From Candidatus Woesearchaeota archaeon (GTDB lineage Archaea; Nanobdellota; Nanobdellia; Nanobdellales; Nanobdellaceae): a DNA stretch of 12,675 bases. A model generated the notes under the pieces. The model had not been told where the DNA came from. It saw nothing but the letters and a program-made list of their open reading frames with translations, and did no database searches. Both the position numbers and the translations under genes were made by a program. This document shows, in pieces, positions 1 to 7,371 of this stretch (position 1 is its first letter; every line of letters starts with the position of its first letter). The stretch covers positions 1 through 12,675 of the forward strand of contig CAYXSZ010000056.1 of assembly GCA_964468425.1 (NCBI GenBank), in the 5' to 3' direction.

Positions 1-11
1 GGGGGACTCCC

Positions 12-770
12 ATGGTTCAGAAAAATAGTGTGGCTAGTACTATAAGCAATGTAGAAAATGGCTTAGTCCAGCTAGCCCAAACTATTCAAGATGCTGGATT
101 AAAAGAAGTTTCTAGGTCATATACATTTAACTACAATGGACAGATAGAAGTAAGTGGTGGCAAGATCACATACACTGTTCAAGTCCCAGTATCCCTTTAT
201 ACTACGAAGCTACCCTTTATCCCAATAAATTACAACTATGTTTACGAATGTTCTAAAAACACTACTGTTTACAAAGGACAAACAGTTTATCTTTGTGGCA
301 ATGACCAATTGATAGCAACCATAAGTGGAAATCAGTTGAAGATTGAAGACAAGTTCTACAATAGAACAATTAGCCTTCCAGCTACTAATGGATATTATAG
401 CGATGTAATTGCACAAATTTATGTGTTTGACATTAAATGCGACGGATCTAAGTGTCAATTCTTCTGGAAAGGAAACATAGGCTACAAAGGATTTAAAAGC
501 GCACCAGCTTACACGATTGACGCGGTTACAACCCATACTGGAAAGGGTGAGGTAATTACTTATATTCTAAAATATAGACCCGTTCTTGATCCACAAACAC
601 ACAAATGTGTCTGGATAAAAATAGTTCCAGTTGGGACCTCAAGTGTTGCAGGTTCTGGAACTGTAACATTCTCTATAAACTTTGACAAATCCTCTGTAAT
701 CCCATATTCGGATAAATCAACTGTTTGCGATTACCTTGAAACTAAAACTGTAGAGATATCACTCTCCTAA
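12..770 (+). CDS. Hypothetical beta-rich, Cys-containing, putatively secreted or filament-associated protein (possibly 5'-truncated by the window edge)
   Basis: ORF from the track. The frame stays open back to nt 3, so the true start may lie upstream of the window. It has 6 Cys, N-x-S/T sequons (NTT, NRT) and no enzymatic motifs. It is on the same strand as the next ORF (3 nt gap) and lies upstream of the FlaI-type ATPase. Confidence 0.5.
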   Translation: MVQKNSVASTISNVENGLVQLAQTIQDAGLKEVSRSYTFNYNGQIEVSGGKITYTVQVPVSLYTTKLPFIPINYNYVYECSKNTTVYKGQTVYLCGNDQLIATISGNQLKIEDKFYNRTISLPATNGYYSDVIAQIYVFDIKCDGSKCQFFWKGNIGYKGFKSAPAYTIDAVTTHTGKGEVITYILKYRPVLDPQTHKCVWIKIVPVGTSSVAGSGTVTFSINFDKSSVIPYSDKSTVCDYLETKTVEISLS

Positions 771-773
771 GCG

Positions 774-1133
774 ATGCCAGTTGAAAGCATAGAGATAACG
801 CTAATCTTTTTCATTATGTTCGTAGCGGGTAGTAGTATGGTATATTTATTTTTGAATCTTCAGAATTCCGTCCAAAATCAAATGCAGCTAGAAATTCTTC
901 ACCTCGTTAAAAATAAAATTTTCTTAGGATATCTCCTCTCCAAGTCAAATCCCTCTACAGTTATTAAGGTTACTCCCTCGAATAACCTCCCAACAAGCGT
1001 AATAGGGAATACTCACGGAGTAATAGTGCAAATAGGGAATCGAGTAGACACAATAAACGTTACAGACCTCTCGGGGATAGGCTACGACACTTTTTACATT
1101 TATAACGACAACGGAACATTATATATAGTATAA
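774..1133 (+). CDS. Small membrane-anchored protein, FlaF/FlaG-like or pilin-like (N-terminal hydrophobic helix plus beta-rich domain)
   Basis: The N-terminus MPVESIEITLIFFIMFVAGSSMVYLF is a single hydrophobic helix, and the rest is beta-rich. The stop TAA (1131-1133) overlaps the ATPase ATG (1133-1135) as TAATG, which suggests co-translation with the ATPase. No clean G/A at -1 for a prepilin peptidase site, so the family assignment is tentative. Confidence 0.5.
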   Translation: MPVESIEITLIFFIMFVAGSSMVYLFLNLQNSVQNQMQLEILHLVKNKIFLGYLLSKSNPSTVIKVTPSNNLPTSVIGNTHGVIVQIGNRVDTINVTDLSGIGYDTFYIYNDNGTLYIV

Positions 1134-2953
1134 TGATAGATAAATTCCTCGAAAAAGTGGTAGAACGCTTAGCAGAAGAAGCTGAAATGAAAAGAAAGCT
1201 CAAAAAATTCAAGAAAAGCGCTTCTCCCACCATTCCTCAGGAGATTATTACTTACGCGCCACCTATTTATGGACATCCTCAATATCCTATTCCCCCACCA
1301 TACCACGCAAAAGGTTTCAAAATTCATAAGAAGAAAGCTAAAAAGGCTATAAAGAAGAAAAAAGGAGAAGCTGTTCAAATTCCAGCTGTTCGAACGAAAA
1401 AGCTAACCACTAAAGAAAAAATTCTCTTTTATTTGAACCTTGAAGCTTCAAATGAGAAGGATATTAATCTAATTTATCCAGTTACGAAAGAAGTCATAGA
1501 TGACAAAGAATATGTATTCGCATACGCTTGGATTCATTGGAATGAAGAGAGTAACTCTCTGATTTATGAAGTAATTGAGCCGCGAATCGGAGAAAGGGAC
1601 TGGGAGGTCGTCAGAGAGACTATTCATCTCCTTGAAAACAGATTAGATGTACCATTTGATGTCTTAAGGGAACCTGAACGGGTGAAAAAATACATTCTAG
1701 ACAAAATAAACCTCGTGTGGAAGGAATATCAATTCAAAATAGATCCAAAATTGGCTCCATATATAAAATACTACATTCTGCGAGATACCGTTGGCTATGG
1801 AAAGATAGACCCGCTAATGCGTGATACGCAAATTGAGGATATATCATGTAATGGAGTTGGAATTCCTATTTTCATATTCCACAGAAATCCTTACATAGGA
1901 GAAATTCAAACCAATATAGTTTTCAATTCTCATGAAGAGTTAGACGCCTTTGTTATGAAGCTCGCTCTAAAGTCAGGAAGATCTCTCTCTGTTGCCAGAC
2001 CTCTCCTCGATGCAGCTCTTCCAGATGGTTCAAGAATCCAGATCACCTATGGAAAAGATATTTCCCGAAAGGGCTCTTCATTCACTATAAGAAAGTTCTC
2101 AAAGGATCCGTTTACGGCAACCGATCTAATAAACTACGGAACAGCAGACGAAAACTTGTTAGCATATATTTGGACGCTCGTGGAGGAAGGGAAGTCTATT
2201 TTAATATCGGGAGGAACCGCAACAGGTAAGACATCTTTCTTAAATGCTATTTCTCTTTTCATTAAACCAGAAAAGAAAATAGTTTCCATCGAAGATACAG
2301 CGGAGCTTAGGTTACCGCACCCCAACTGGTTGGCAGAGGTAGCCCGATCTGGATTTGGACCTAAGGGATACGGAGAGGTAACCCTAGTGGATCTTCTAAA
2401 AGCAGCATTGAGACAAAGACCAGATTACATCATTGTTGGAGAGGTTAGAGGAGAAGAAGCTTATATTCTATTTCAAGCTATGGCGACGGGACATCCAGGT
2501 TTGGGTACTATTCACGCAGATACATTCGAAGCCCTAATAGATCGTTTGATTTCACCTCCAATTAGCTTACCGCCTGTCCTTTTGGAGGTACTTGATGCTG
2601 TAGTCTTTCTTAGGAGAGTAAAATATCAAAATAAGTATGTAAGACGTGTAGATAAAATTTATGAAATCGTTCGCTGGAACAAGGAGAAGCGTGACGTGGA
2701 TAGAATAATTTCTTTCAGGTGGGATCCAGCGACAGACACGTTCGTCAATCAAAAATCAGTATTGCTCAAGGAGATTATGGAATTCCGCAACTGGAGCGTT
2801 GACGATCTCTATACGAACCTAACTTTTAAGGCTAGGATTCTAGAATATCTCTGGAAAAACAAGATTAGATACTACAAAGACGTCGCTCACTACATCGAGA
2901 TGTACTACACAGATCCGGATCGCTTAAAGCATCTCCTGAACTTCCAAGAGTGA
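1133..2953 (+). CDS. flaI: FlaI/ArlI-family (GspE/VirB11 superfamily) type IV filament assembly ATPase with a Lys/Pro-rich N-terminal extension
   Basis: Walker A GGTATGKTS, Asp box SIEDTAEL, Walker B DYIIVGEVRGEEA, His box GHPGLGTIHAD. FlaI-type N-domain text is present: LIYPV...AYAWIHW...LIYEVIEP, IEDISCNG and DAALPDGSRIQITYGKDISRKGSSFTIRKFS. The first ~100 aa are low-complexity K/P-rich. Confidence 0.9.
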   Translation: MIDKFLEKVVERLAEEAEMKRKLKKFKKSASPTIPQEIITYAPPIYGHPQYPIPPPYHAKGFKIHKKKAKKAIKKKKGEAVQIPAVRTKKLTTKEKILFYLNLEASNEKDINLIYPVTKEVIDDKEYVFAYAWIHWNEESNSLIYEVIEPRIGERDWEVVRETIHLLENRLDVPFDVLREPERVKKYILDKINLVWKEYQFKIDPKLAPYIKYYILRDTVGYGKIDPLMRDTQIEDISCNGVGIPIFIFHRNPYIGEIQTNIVFNSHEELDAFVMKLALKSGRSLSVARPLLDAALPDGSRIQITYGKDISRKGSSFTIRKFSKDPFTATDLINYGTADENLLAYIWTLVEEGKSILISGGTATGKTSFLNAISLFIKPEKKIVSIEDTAELRLPHPNWLAEVARSGFGPKGYGEVTLVDLLKAALRQRPDYIIVGEVRGEEAYILFQAMATGHPGLGTIHADTFEALIDRLISPPISLPPVLLEVLDAVVFLRRVKYQNKYVRRVDKIYEIVRWNKEKRDVDRIISFRWDPATDTFVNQKSVLLKEIMEFRNWSVDDLYTNLTFKARILEYLWKNKIRYYKDVAHYIEMYYTDPDRLKHLLNFQE

Positions 2954-3505
2954 TAATTCAGAGAAGTATATGATTTGCGGAGGTCTTGAGAACAAGATCT
3001 TGACATGATAATATTTTCCAGGTTCCAACTTATGTTCACATTGAATCAACTGAAAATCATCCGTTAGAATTTCAGATTCTGATAAAACTTTAGCTATATA
3101 CTCTCCAACATAATAAATATTGTGTTTGACCTCAAACGAGCTTCCCTCCTCGAAGCGATTAGAAATCAACGTCAAATATTTATTCCTAGTTACTTTTGGA
3201 AAAACTAATTTAACGAACGATCCTTCTTCCAAATCTTTATTAGTGATTAATCTCGCCTTCGCAGTTTCATCACAAACTTCATAAACCTTAAATCGACTTT
3301 CAACAAGCTTACGTAAGATTTTAACGTTTAACTCTTTGATAGGAAATCCAACGAATAGATCTACTATTCTTGGAGCTTCTTTGATCCCCAGTTCCTTCAA
3401 AACTAGTAACAACGCCGTTTCATCATCAATTAATCCATAAAATTCCTCTTTTTTCCTCTTAACAAGTTCATTAAAATTTTTTGATAAAAAAGAGATCACG
3501 AACAC
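2924..3505 (-). CDS. RPA-like OB-fold single-stranded-DNA-binding protein (tentative)
   Basis: The N-terminal text EEFYGLIDDETALLLVLKELGI resembles the conserved N-terminal helix region of archaeal RPAs. It is followed by an OB-fold-like segment, VYEVCDETAKARLIT...EEGSFVKL (compare the DETG..i..tlW pattern). The start is GTG at 3505; an alternative GTG at 3499 forms a GTGA overlap with the pilin stop. The 3' end overlaps the convergent ATPase gene by 30 nt. Confidence 0.5.
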   Translation of the reverse strand: MFVISFLSKNFNELVKRKKEEFYGLIDDETALLLVLKELGIKEAPRIVDLFVGFPIKELNVKILRKLVESRFKVYEVCDETAKARLITNKDLEEGSFVKLVFPKVTRNKYLTLISNRFEEGSSFEVKHNIYYVGEYIAKVLSESEILTDDFQLIQCEHKLEPGKYYHVKILFSRPPQIIYFSELSLLEVQEML

Positions 3506-3918
3506 TTATATGAGGATCCAGATCCGCTACACGTTTTGTAAGTCCATTGTTTAGTCGTAGGATCCCATACTTTGATATTAACGATACATTGTTCATTAAT
3601 AGGAGATTCCCAGCAGTGATATTTTTTGAAGGACCCATCTTTATTTAAGTCCCAATAAAACACCTGCTTTGCATAATCACTATTTTGAGCGTCTGATGTC
3701 GTTAGCGTCCCCGAAGCAGCTCTTTCTTTTAAATCGTTACAAAGTCTACTACAAATAGCCTTAGCGTTTTCTAAGTCTACATTGGACATTTGCGTGTTTA
3801 TCGCGGGAAACAGCTTACTGAGTCCTCCAGTGACAAATCCTACTATGAGAAGTAGTACTAACACCGCGAGCGATGCCAAGACGATTGTGTTTAGGGGAAG
3901 ACCCTGCGACCTACCCAT
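3496..3918 (-). CDS. Archaeal type IV pilin-like protein (class III signal peptide, Cys-rich globular domain)
   Basis: MGRSQG|LPLNTIVLASLAVLVLLLIVGFV is a short charged leader ending in G, followed by a long hydrophobic helix, as in prepilin-peptidase substrates. The C-terminal domain has 6 Cys in three pairs. The track ORF begins at a GTG at 3936. The ATG at 3918 is preferred because of its spacing from the TATA box at 3940-3946. Confidence 0.65.
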   Translation of the reverse strand: MGRSQGLPLNTIVLASLAVLVLLLIVGFVTGGLSKLFPAINTQMSNVDLENAKAICSRLCNDLKERAASGTLTTSDAQNSDYAKQVFYWDLNKDGSFKKYHCWESPINEQCIVNIKVWDPTTKQWTYKTCSGSGSSYKCS

Positions 3919-3939
3919 ATAAATTATTTTTCTCACGGA

Positions 3940-3946
3940 TTTATAA
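3940..3946. promoter_or_regulatory. Near-palindromic TATA box (TTTATAA) possibly serving both divergent genes (pilin on minus, mre11 on plus)
   Basis: The box centre at 3943 is 25 nt from the minus-strand ATG at 3918 and 26 nt from the plus-strand ATG at 3969. That spacing matches archaeal TATA-to-TSS distance and implies leaderless mRNAs in both directions. Confidence 0.4.
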
Positions 3947-3968
3947 GCTTGAAAGCATAGACAAGTGT

Positions 3969-5099
3969 ATGAAATTCATTCATCTCGCGGATACTCACCT
4001 CGGATGTGAGATTCCAGTAGAATACCGTGAAATTCGGAAAAAAGACTTCGTAAACGCCTTTAAACAAGTGATAGAATTCGCAATAAATAACAAAGTGGAC
4101 TTCATCATACATTCTGGGGACTTGTTTGACGATTACTTCAGAATTTCGTCCGGAATTTTAGATGAAATCATAGAACTCTTCGTTCGTCTTAAAGACGAAG
4201 ACATTCCGTTTATAGCTATTAAGGGTAATCACGATGTTAAAGGACATCGCCAAAAGATGTTCGACATCTTAAAAAAACTCAAGCTCATTCAGGAAGCCAG
4301 TCCAAAGAATCCTATAGAAATCGGAAACTGCTCTATCTATGGAATCTCCGAGCCGGCAAATATCGGTGGAGAAGACTTGACAACGATTTACAAAACTCTT
4401 CTCCCAAAGATAAAAATAAGCTCCTCGAATTACACAATCTTTTTGTTCCATGGAGCTCCCGATATAATTTCTAAGGAATTTTATGATCCTAGAGTGGTTC
4501 CTACTGAGATCCTTCCGAAAAACGTTGATTACTACGCTTTAGGACACTTTCACACAAAGAAGCTTTTAAATCTCGAAAACAAGATATTTGCACTTCCCGG
4601 ATCAACTGAACATACAGAAATATCAAAGTTAGAAGAAAAAGACCAAAAATGTTTTTACTTGGTAAAAGACAACAAAGTACAAGAAGTTCCGATAAAAACA
4701 AGACCAATTTACATCTTGGAAAAAATTATAAGTACTGAAGAAGAGCTTTCAGAAATATTTAGTCACATTTCATCGAAGAGCAAAGAAACATTAATAAAAT
4801 TGAAACTTAGAACATCTCAAAAGCTATATCAAGTTGCTAAACTAAAGGTAGAACGCTTTATAGATTCTGGATTTCTCATAATAGACGATTTATGTGTAGA
4901 TTCAGAAGACATGTCCGTAGATTTTGAAGCGGAAAAAATAGCTCTCGAGGAAGCATTTTCCAAGCTAATAGTTTCCAACAAGGAAGAAATTTTGGAGTTA
5001 TTCAATAAAATAAAAGGATACTTGGATGACATATTTCAAGGAGACCAAAGCGATGTAGAAAGGCTAAGAGAAATATTGAGAAAAGAATTTGCGGCATGA
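3969..5099 (+). CDS. mre11: Mre11 DNA double-strand-break repair nuclease (calcineurin-like phosphoesterase)
   Basis: Phosphoesterase motifs are in order: MKFIHLADTHLG, HSGDLFD, KGNHD, FHG, GHFH. The track ORF starts at 3873, but that extension overlaps the pilin gene antisense, and motif I normally sits at the extreme N-terminus, so ATG 3969 is preferred. There is an ATGA overlap with rad50 at 5096-5099. Confidence 0.88.
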   Translation: MKFIHLADTHLGCEIPVEYREIRKKDFVNAFKQVIEFAINNKVDFIIHSGDLFDDYFRISSGILDEIIELFVRLKDEDIPFIAIKGNHDVKGHRQKMFDILKKLKLIQEASPKNPIEIGNCSIYGISEPANIGGEDLTTIYKTLLPKIKISSSNYTIFLFHGAPDIISKEFYDPRVVPTEILPKNVDYYALGHFHTKKLLNLENKIFALPGSTEHTEISKLEEKDQKCFYLVKDNKVQEVPIKTRPIYILEKIISTEEELSEIFSHISSKSKETLIKLKLRTSQKLYQVAKLKVERFIDSGFLIIDDLCVDSEDMSVDFEAEKIALEEAFSKLIVSNKEEILELFNKIKGYLDDIFQGDQSDVERLREILRKEFAA

Positions 5100-6184
5100 T
5101 CTGTTTGAAAGCTCTAAAACTAAAGAATTTCAAAGCACATAGAGATAAAGACATTAATTTTACCAACAAAAATCTTATTTTAGGTGAAAATGGAACAGGA
5201 AAAAGCTCTATATTCCATGGAATAATTTATACTCTATTTGGAAGTTCCGCTCTCAAATATATAGGAGCTTCTCGCGTTGCTAACCTCATTAGAGAGTTTT
5301 CTCATGAAAGTGAAGTAACATTACTTTTTGAAAAAAATGGAAAGACTTATGAGGTAAAAAGAATTCTACGAAGAGATGGAAATTCGTATGCTACTCTAAG
5401 CTGCGATGGAGTGGTGATAGCCAGTTCTCAAAGACTTGTAGACAAAAAGATAAAAGAACTTCTTAATATAAATCGTGAAAACAAAGTTCTTGACACTTTA
5501 TACATTCCACAGGGAGAATTAGGAAAATTTGTTCTCCAATCAGGAACTAAAAATTTAACTAATCTAATAGAGAAGCTGTTCGATCTAGATTATTATTCAA
5601 CGATGTTAGAGGCTATAAAAAGAGTTCTAAAGGATTTAGCGATAGAACGAGAAAAACTAACTACATTACTCTACCAAAAAGAAAGAGATCTATTAAAATT
5701 CAAAAACATTTACAAAGGACTTTCTATAGAGGATCTGGAGAAAATCGTAAACGAATATAACGAAATTTATGAAAAATATAATAACTTACTTGTTGCATAC
5801 AATAAATTAATGGCATTGCAAAGCAACATAGATTTTGAATTATTATCTAAGAAAAGTGTTATCGAAGATGATGTTAAAAAGCTCGAAACTAAGCTATTAA
5901 AAGTAGAAGAAGAGTTATCTAAGATTCGTGCAGAGATGGAGTCTTTACAAATAAAAACCATAGACAAAGAGCTTATACAAAAAGATTTAGAATCTTTAAC
6001 TTCGCTAAGACACCAACTGTCTGAAGAGCTGGCAAAACACGACATCGACGCTATAAAACTCGAAATCAGTAATTTAAAAAACTTAATTAAAATAATTGAA
6101 GATTTTAAGTCTATACACAATGTAGCCGACGAATACGAGTCGTTAGAAAAAGAGATAGAAAATCTAAAAAATAATATTCAGTAA
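5096..6184 (+). CDS. rad50: Rad50 ATPase, N-terminal half (Walker A lobe plus ascending coiled coil)
   Basis: Walker A GENGTGKSS, Q-loop IPQGEL, then a long K/E/L-rich heptad-like sequence. It ends at TAA 6182-6184, with no zinc hook, signature motif or Walker B. Confidence 0.85.
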   Translation: MICLKALKLKNFKAHRDKDINFTNKNLILGENGTGKSSIFHGIIYTLFGSSALKYIGASRVANLIREFSHESEVTLLFEKNGKTYEVKRILRRDGNSYATLSCDGVVIASSQRLVDKKIKELLNINRENKVLDTLYIPQGELGKFVLQSGTKNLTNLIEKLFDLDYYSTMLEAIKRVLKDLAIEREKLTTLLYQKERDLLKFKNIYKGLSIEDLEKIVNEYNEIYEKYNNLLVAYNKLMALQSNIDFELLSKKSVIEDDVKKLETKLLKVEEELSKIRAEMESLQIKTIDKELIQKDLESLTSLRHQLSEELAKHDIDAIKLEISNLKNLIKIIEDFKSIHNVADEYESLEKEIENLKNNIQ

Positions 6185-6216
6185 TTCTTGAAAAGATAAA
6201 GGAGTATAACCAAGTT

Positions 6217-7356
6217 TTGCAACTAATCAAAGAAAAGAAGTTCGAAAGATGTCCTGTGTGTGGAAAACTCTTATCTTCCAGCGAGATCTCCAACATTTAT
6301 GACAGTAAACAAAAAGAGCTGTCTGAACTAGAAACCCAAAAAGAAGAAGTATACAGAGACCTTAAAGAAAAAGAACGGGAGTTATACAAGCTAAAAGTGT
6401 TATACAATAAGTATATAGCTTTGAGGACTACTCTTATCGAGAACGGCATAGATTTAGATATCCTCGATAGTGAGTTACTCAAAAATCTAGAGGAATTAAG
6501 AAATAAAGAAGAGATCATCAATAAACATGAGTATTTGGAAAAAGTAGAGAGCGCAATAAATTACTTATTGAAAGCGAAGTTGCAGGATGAATACAAAGCT
6601 CTTCAAGACAAAGCTTCTTACCTTAGAAGAGAATTCTACTCTAAAAAATCGTTATTAGAAAGAATAAATATTATGTTGAAGAATCTAGAAGATTTTAACA
6701 GAATTCTCGAGGAAAGTGGATACAAATCTCTAGACGATTTGGAGCTAGAGCTAAACAAACTTAAAGAGAAATTAGAATCGTTTAAAGGAATAAATCCAAG
6801 AGAGATAGAGCTCTATAAAATACATCTAAAGGAAGTTGAAGATTTAAAAGAAAAGATACAGCGATTAAAGAGAAACTACTATCTTTTGTCCACTTTGCAA
6901 TCTGTTCTAGAAAAATTCATAGCAAACTATAGAAAAACCGTCGCAAAAAAACTTTCGTACACATTCAATTACTTCTTTAAGAAGCTTTATAAGTACCCAG
7001 ATATACGAGAAGTCAAGCTTGAAATAAAGTATGAGCGACAAGAATGGAAATTTTACGTGTATGTTTTGAAAAATATAGATGGAAAAGATGTGTGGAGGGA
7101 AATTAAGGAAGCTAATTTGAGTGGAGGTCAAATAAAGATCGTGGACTTAGCTTTTAGGCTATCTCTCGCAAGAATTTTGAATTTAAATTTTTATACTCTT
7201 TTACTTGATGAGCCGACGGAATCTCTGGACGAAAACGTGCGTTATTCGCTTGCAGAACTTCTGGATTCCTTGAAGGAGTATCAAATAATTTTATGCACGC
7301 ACGACGAGTTGTTTAAAGATAAAATGGAAGCTAACGTTATACTCCTAACTAGGTAA
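6217..7356 (+). CDS. rad50: Rad50 ATPase, C-terminal half (zinc hook, descending coiled coil, signature/Walker B lobe)
   Basis: Zinc hook CPVC at residues 12-15, a long coiled coil, signature LSGGQ, Walker B/D-loop LLLDEPTESLD and H-loop CTHD. The frame differs from the N-half. The only candidate start is TTG 6217, preceded by AAGGAG at 6199-6204. This frame is open from 6175. Confidence 0.8.
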   Translation: MQLIKEKKFERCPVCGKLLSSSEISNIYDSKQKELSELETQKEEVYRDLKEKERELYKLKVLYNKYIALRTTLIENGIDLDILDSELLKNLEELRNKEEIINKHEYLEKVESAINYLLKAKLQDEYKALQDKASYLRREFYSKKSLLERINIMLKNLEDFNRILEESGYKSLDDLELELNKLKEKLESFKGINPREIELYKIHLKEVEDLKEKIQRLKRNYYLLSTLQSVLEKFIANYRKTVAKKLSYTFNYFFKKLYKYPDIREVKLEIKYERQEWKFYVYVLKNIDGKDVWREIKEANLSGGQIKIVDLAFRLSLARILNLNFYTLLLDEPTESLDENVRYSLAELLDSLKEYQIILCTHDELFKDKMEANVILLTR

Positions 7357-7371
7357 TAGATTTGATTCAGT

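Noticed and set aside
210-536. Antisense ORFs nested inside confident genes. On the minus strand: 210-536, 1169-1378, 2134-2325, 2567-2752, 4269-4451, 4501-4707, 4829-5032, 5767-6120, 6111-6296, 6297-6521, 6907-7131 and 12471-12668. On the plus strand: 7598-7840 and 8701-8916.
   Set aside because: Each lies wholly within a motif-supported gene on the opposite strand. Their translations are low-complexity (S/L/F/I-rich), as expected for shadow frames of AT-rich K/E-rich coding sequence. None has a recognisable motif.
3873-3968. The 32-codon N-terminal extension of the Mre11 ORF as listed in the track
   Set aside because: The extension runs antisense through the pilin gene's signal-peptide region. 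Mre11 motif I (HLADTHLG) normally starts within the first ~10 residues. ATG 3969 also has a TATA box at the right distance.
6166-6174. Slippery-looking heptamer A AAA AAT just before the rad50 break, considered as a programmed -1 frameshift site
   Set aside because: A -1 shift here enters the second frame at 6172-6174, which is TAA, so it would terminate immediately. It cannot join the two halves. Any joining event must occur within 6175-6181.
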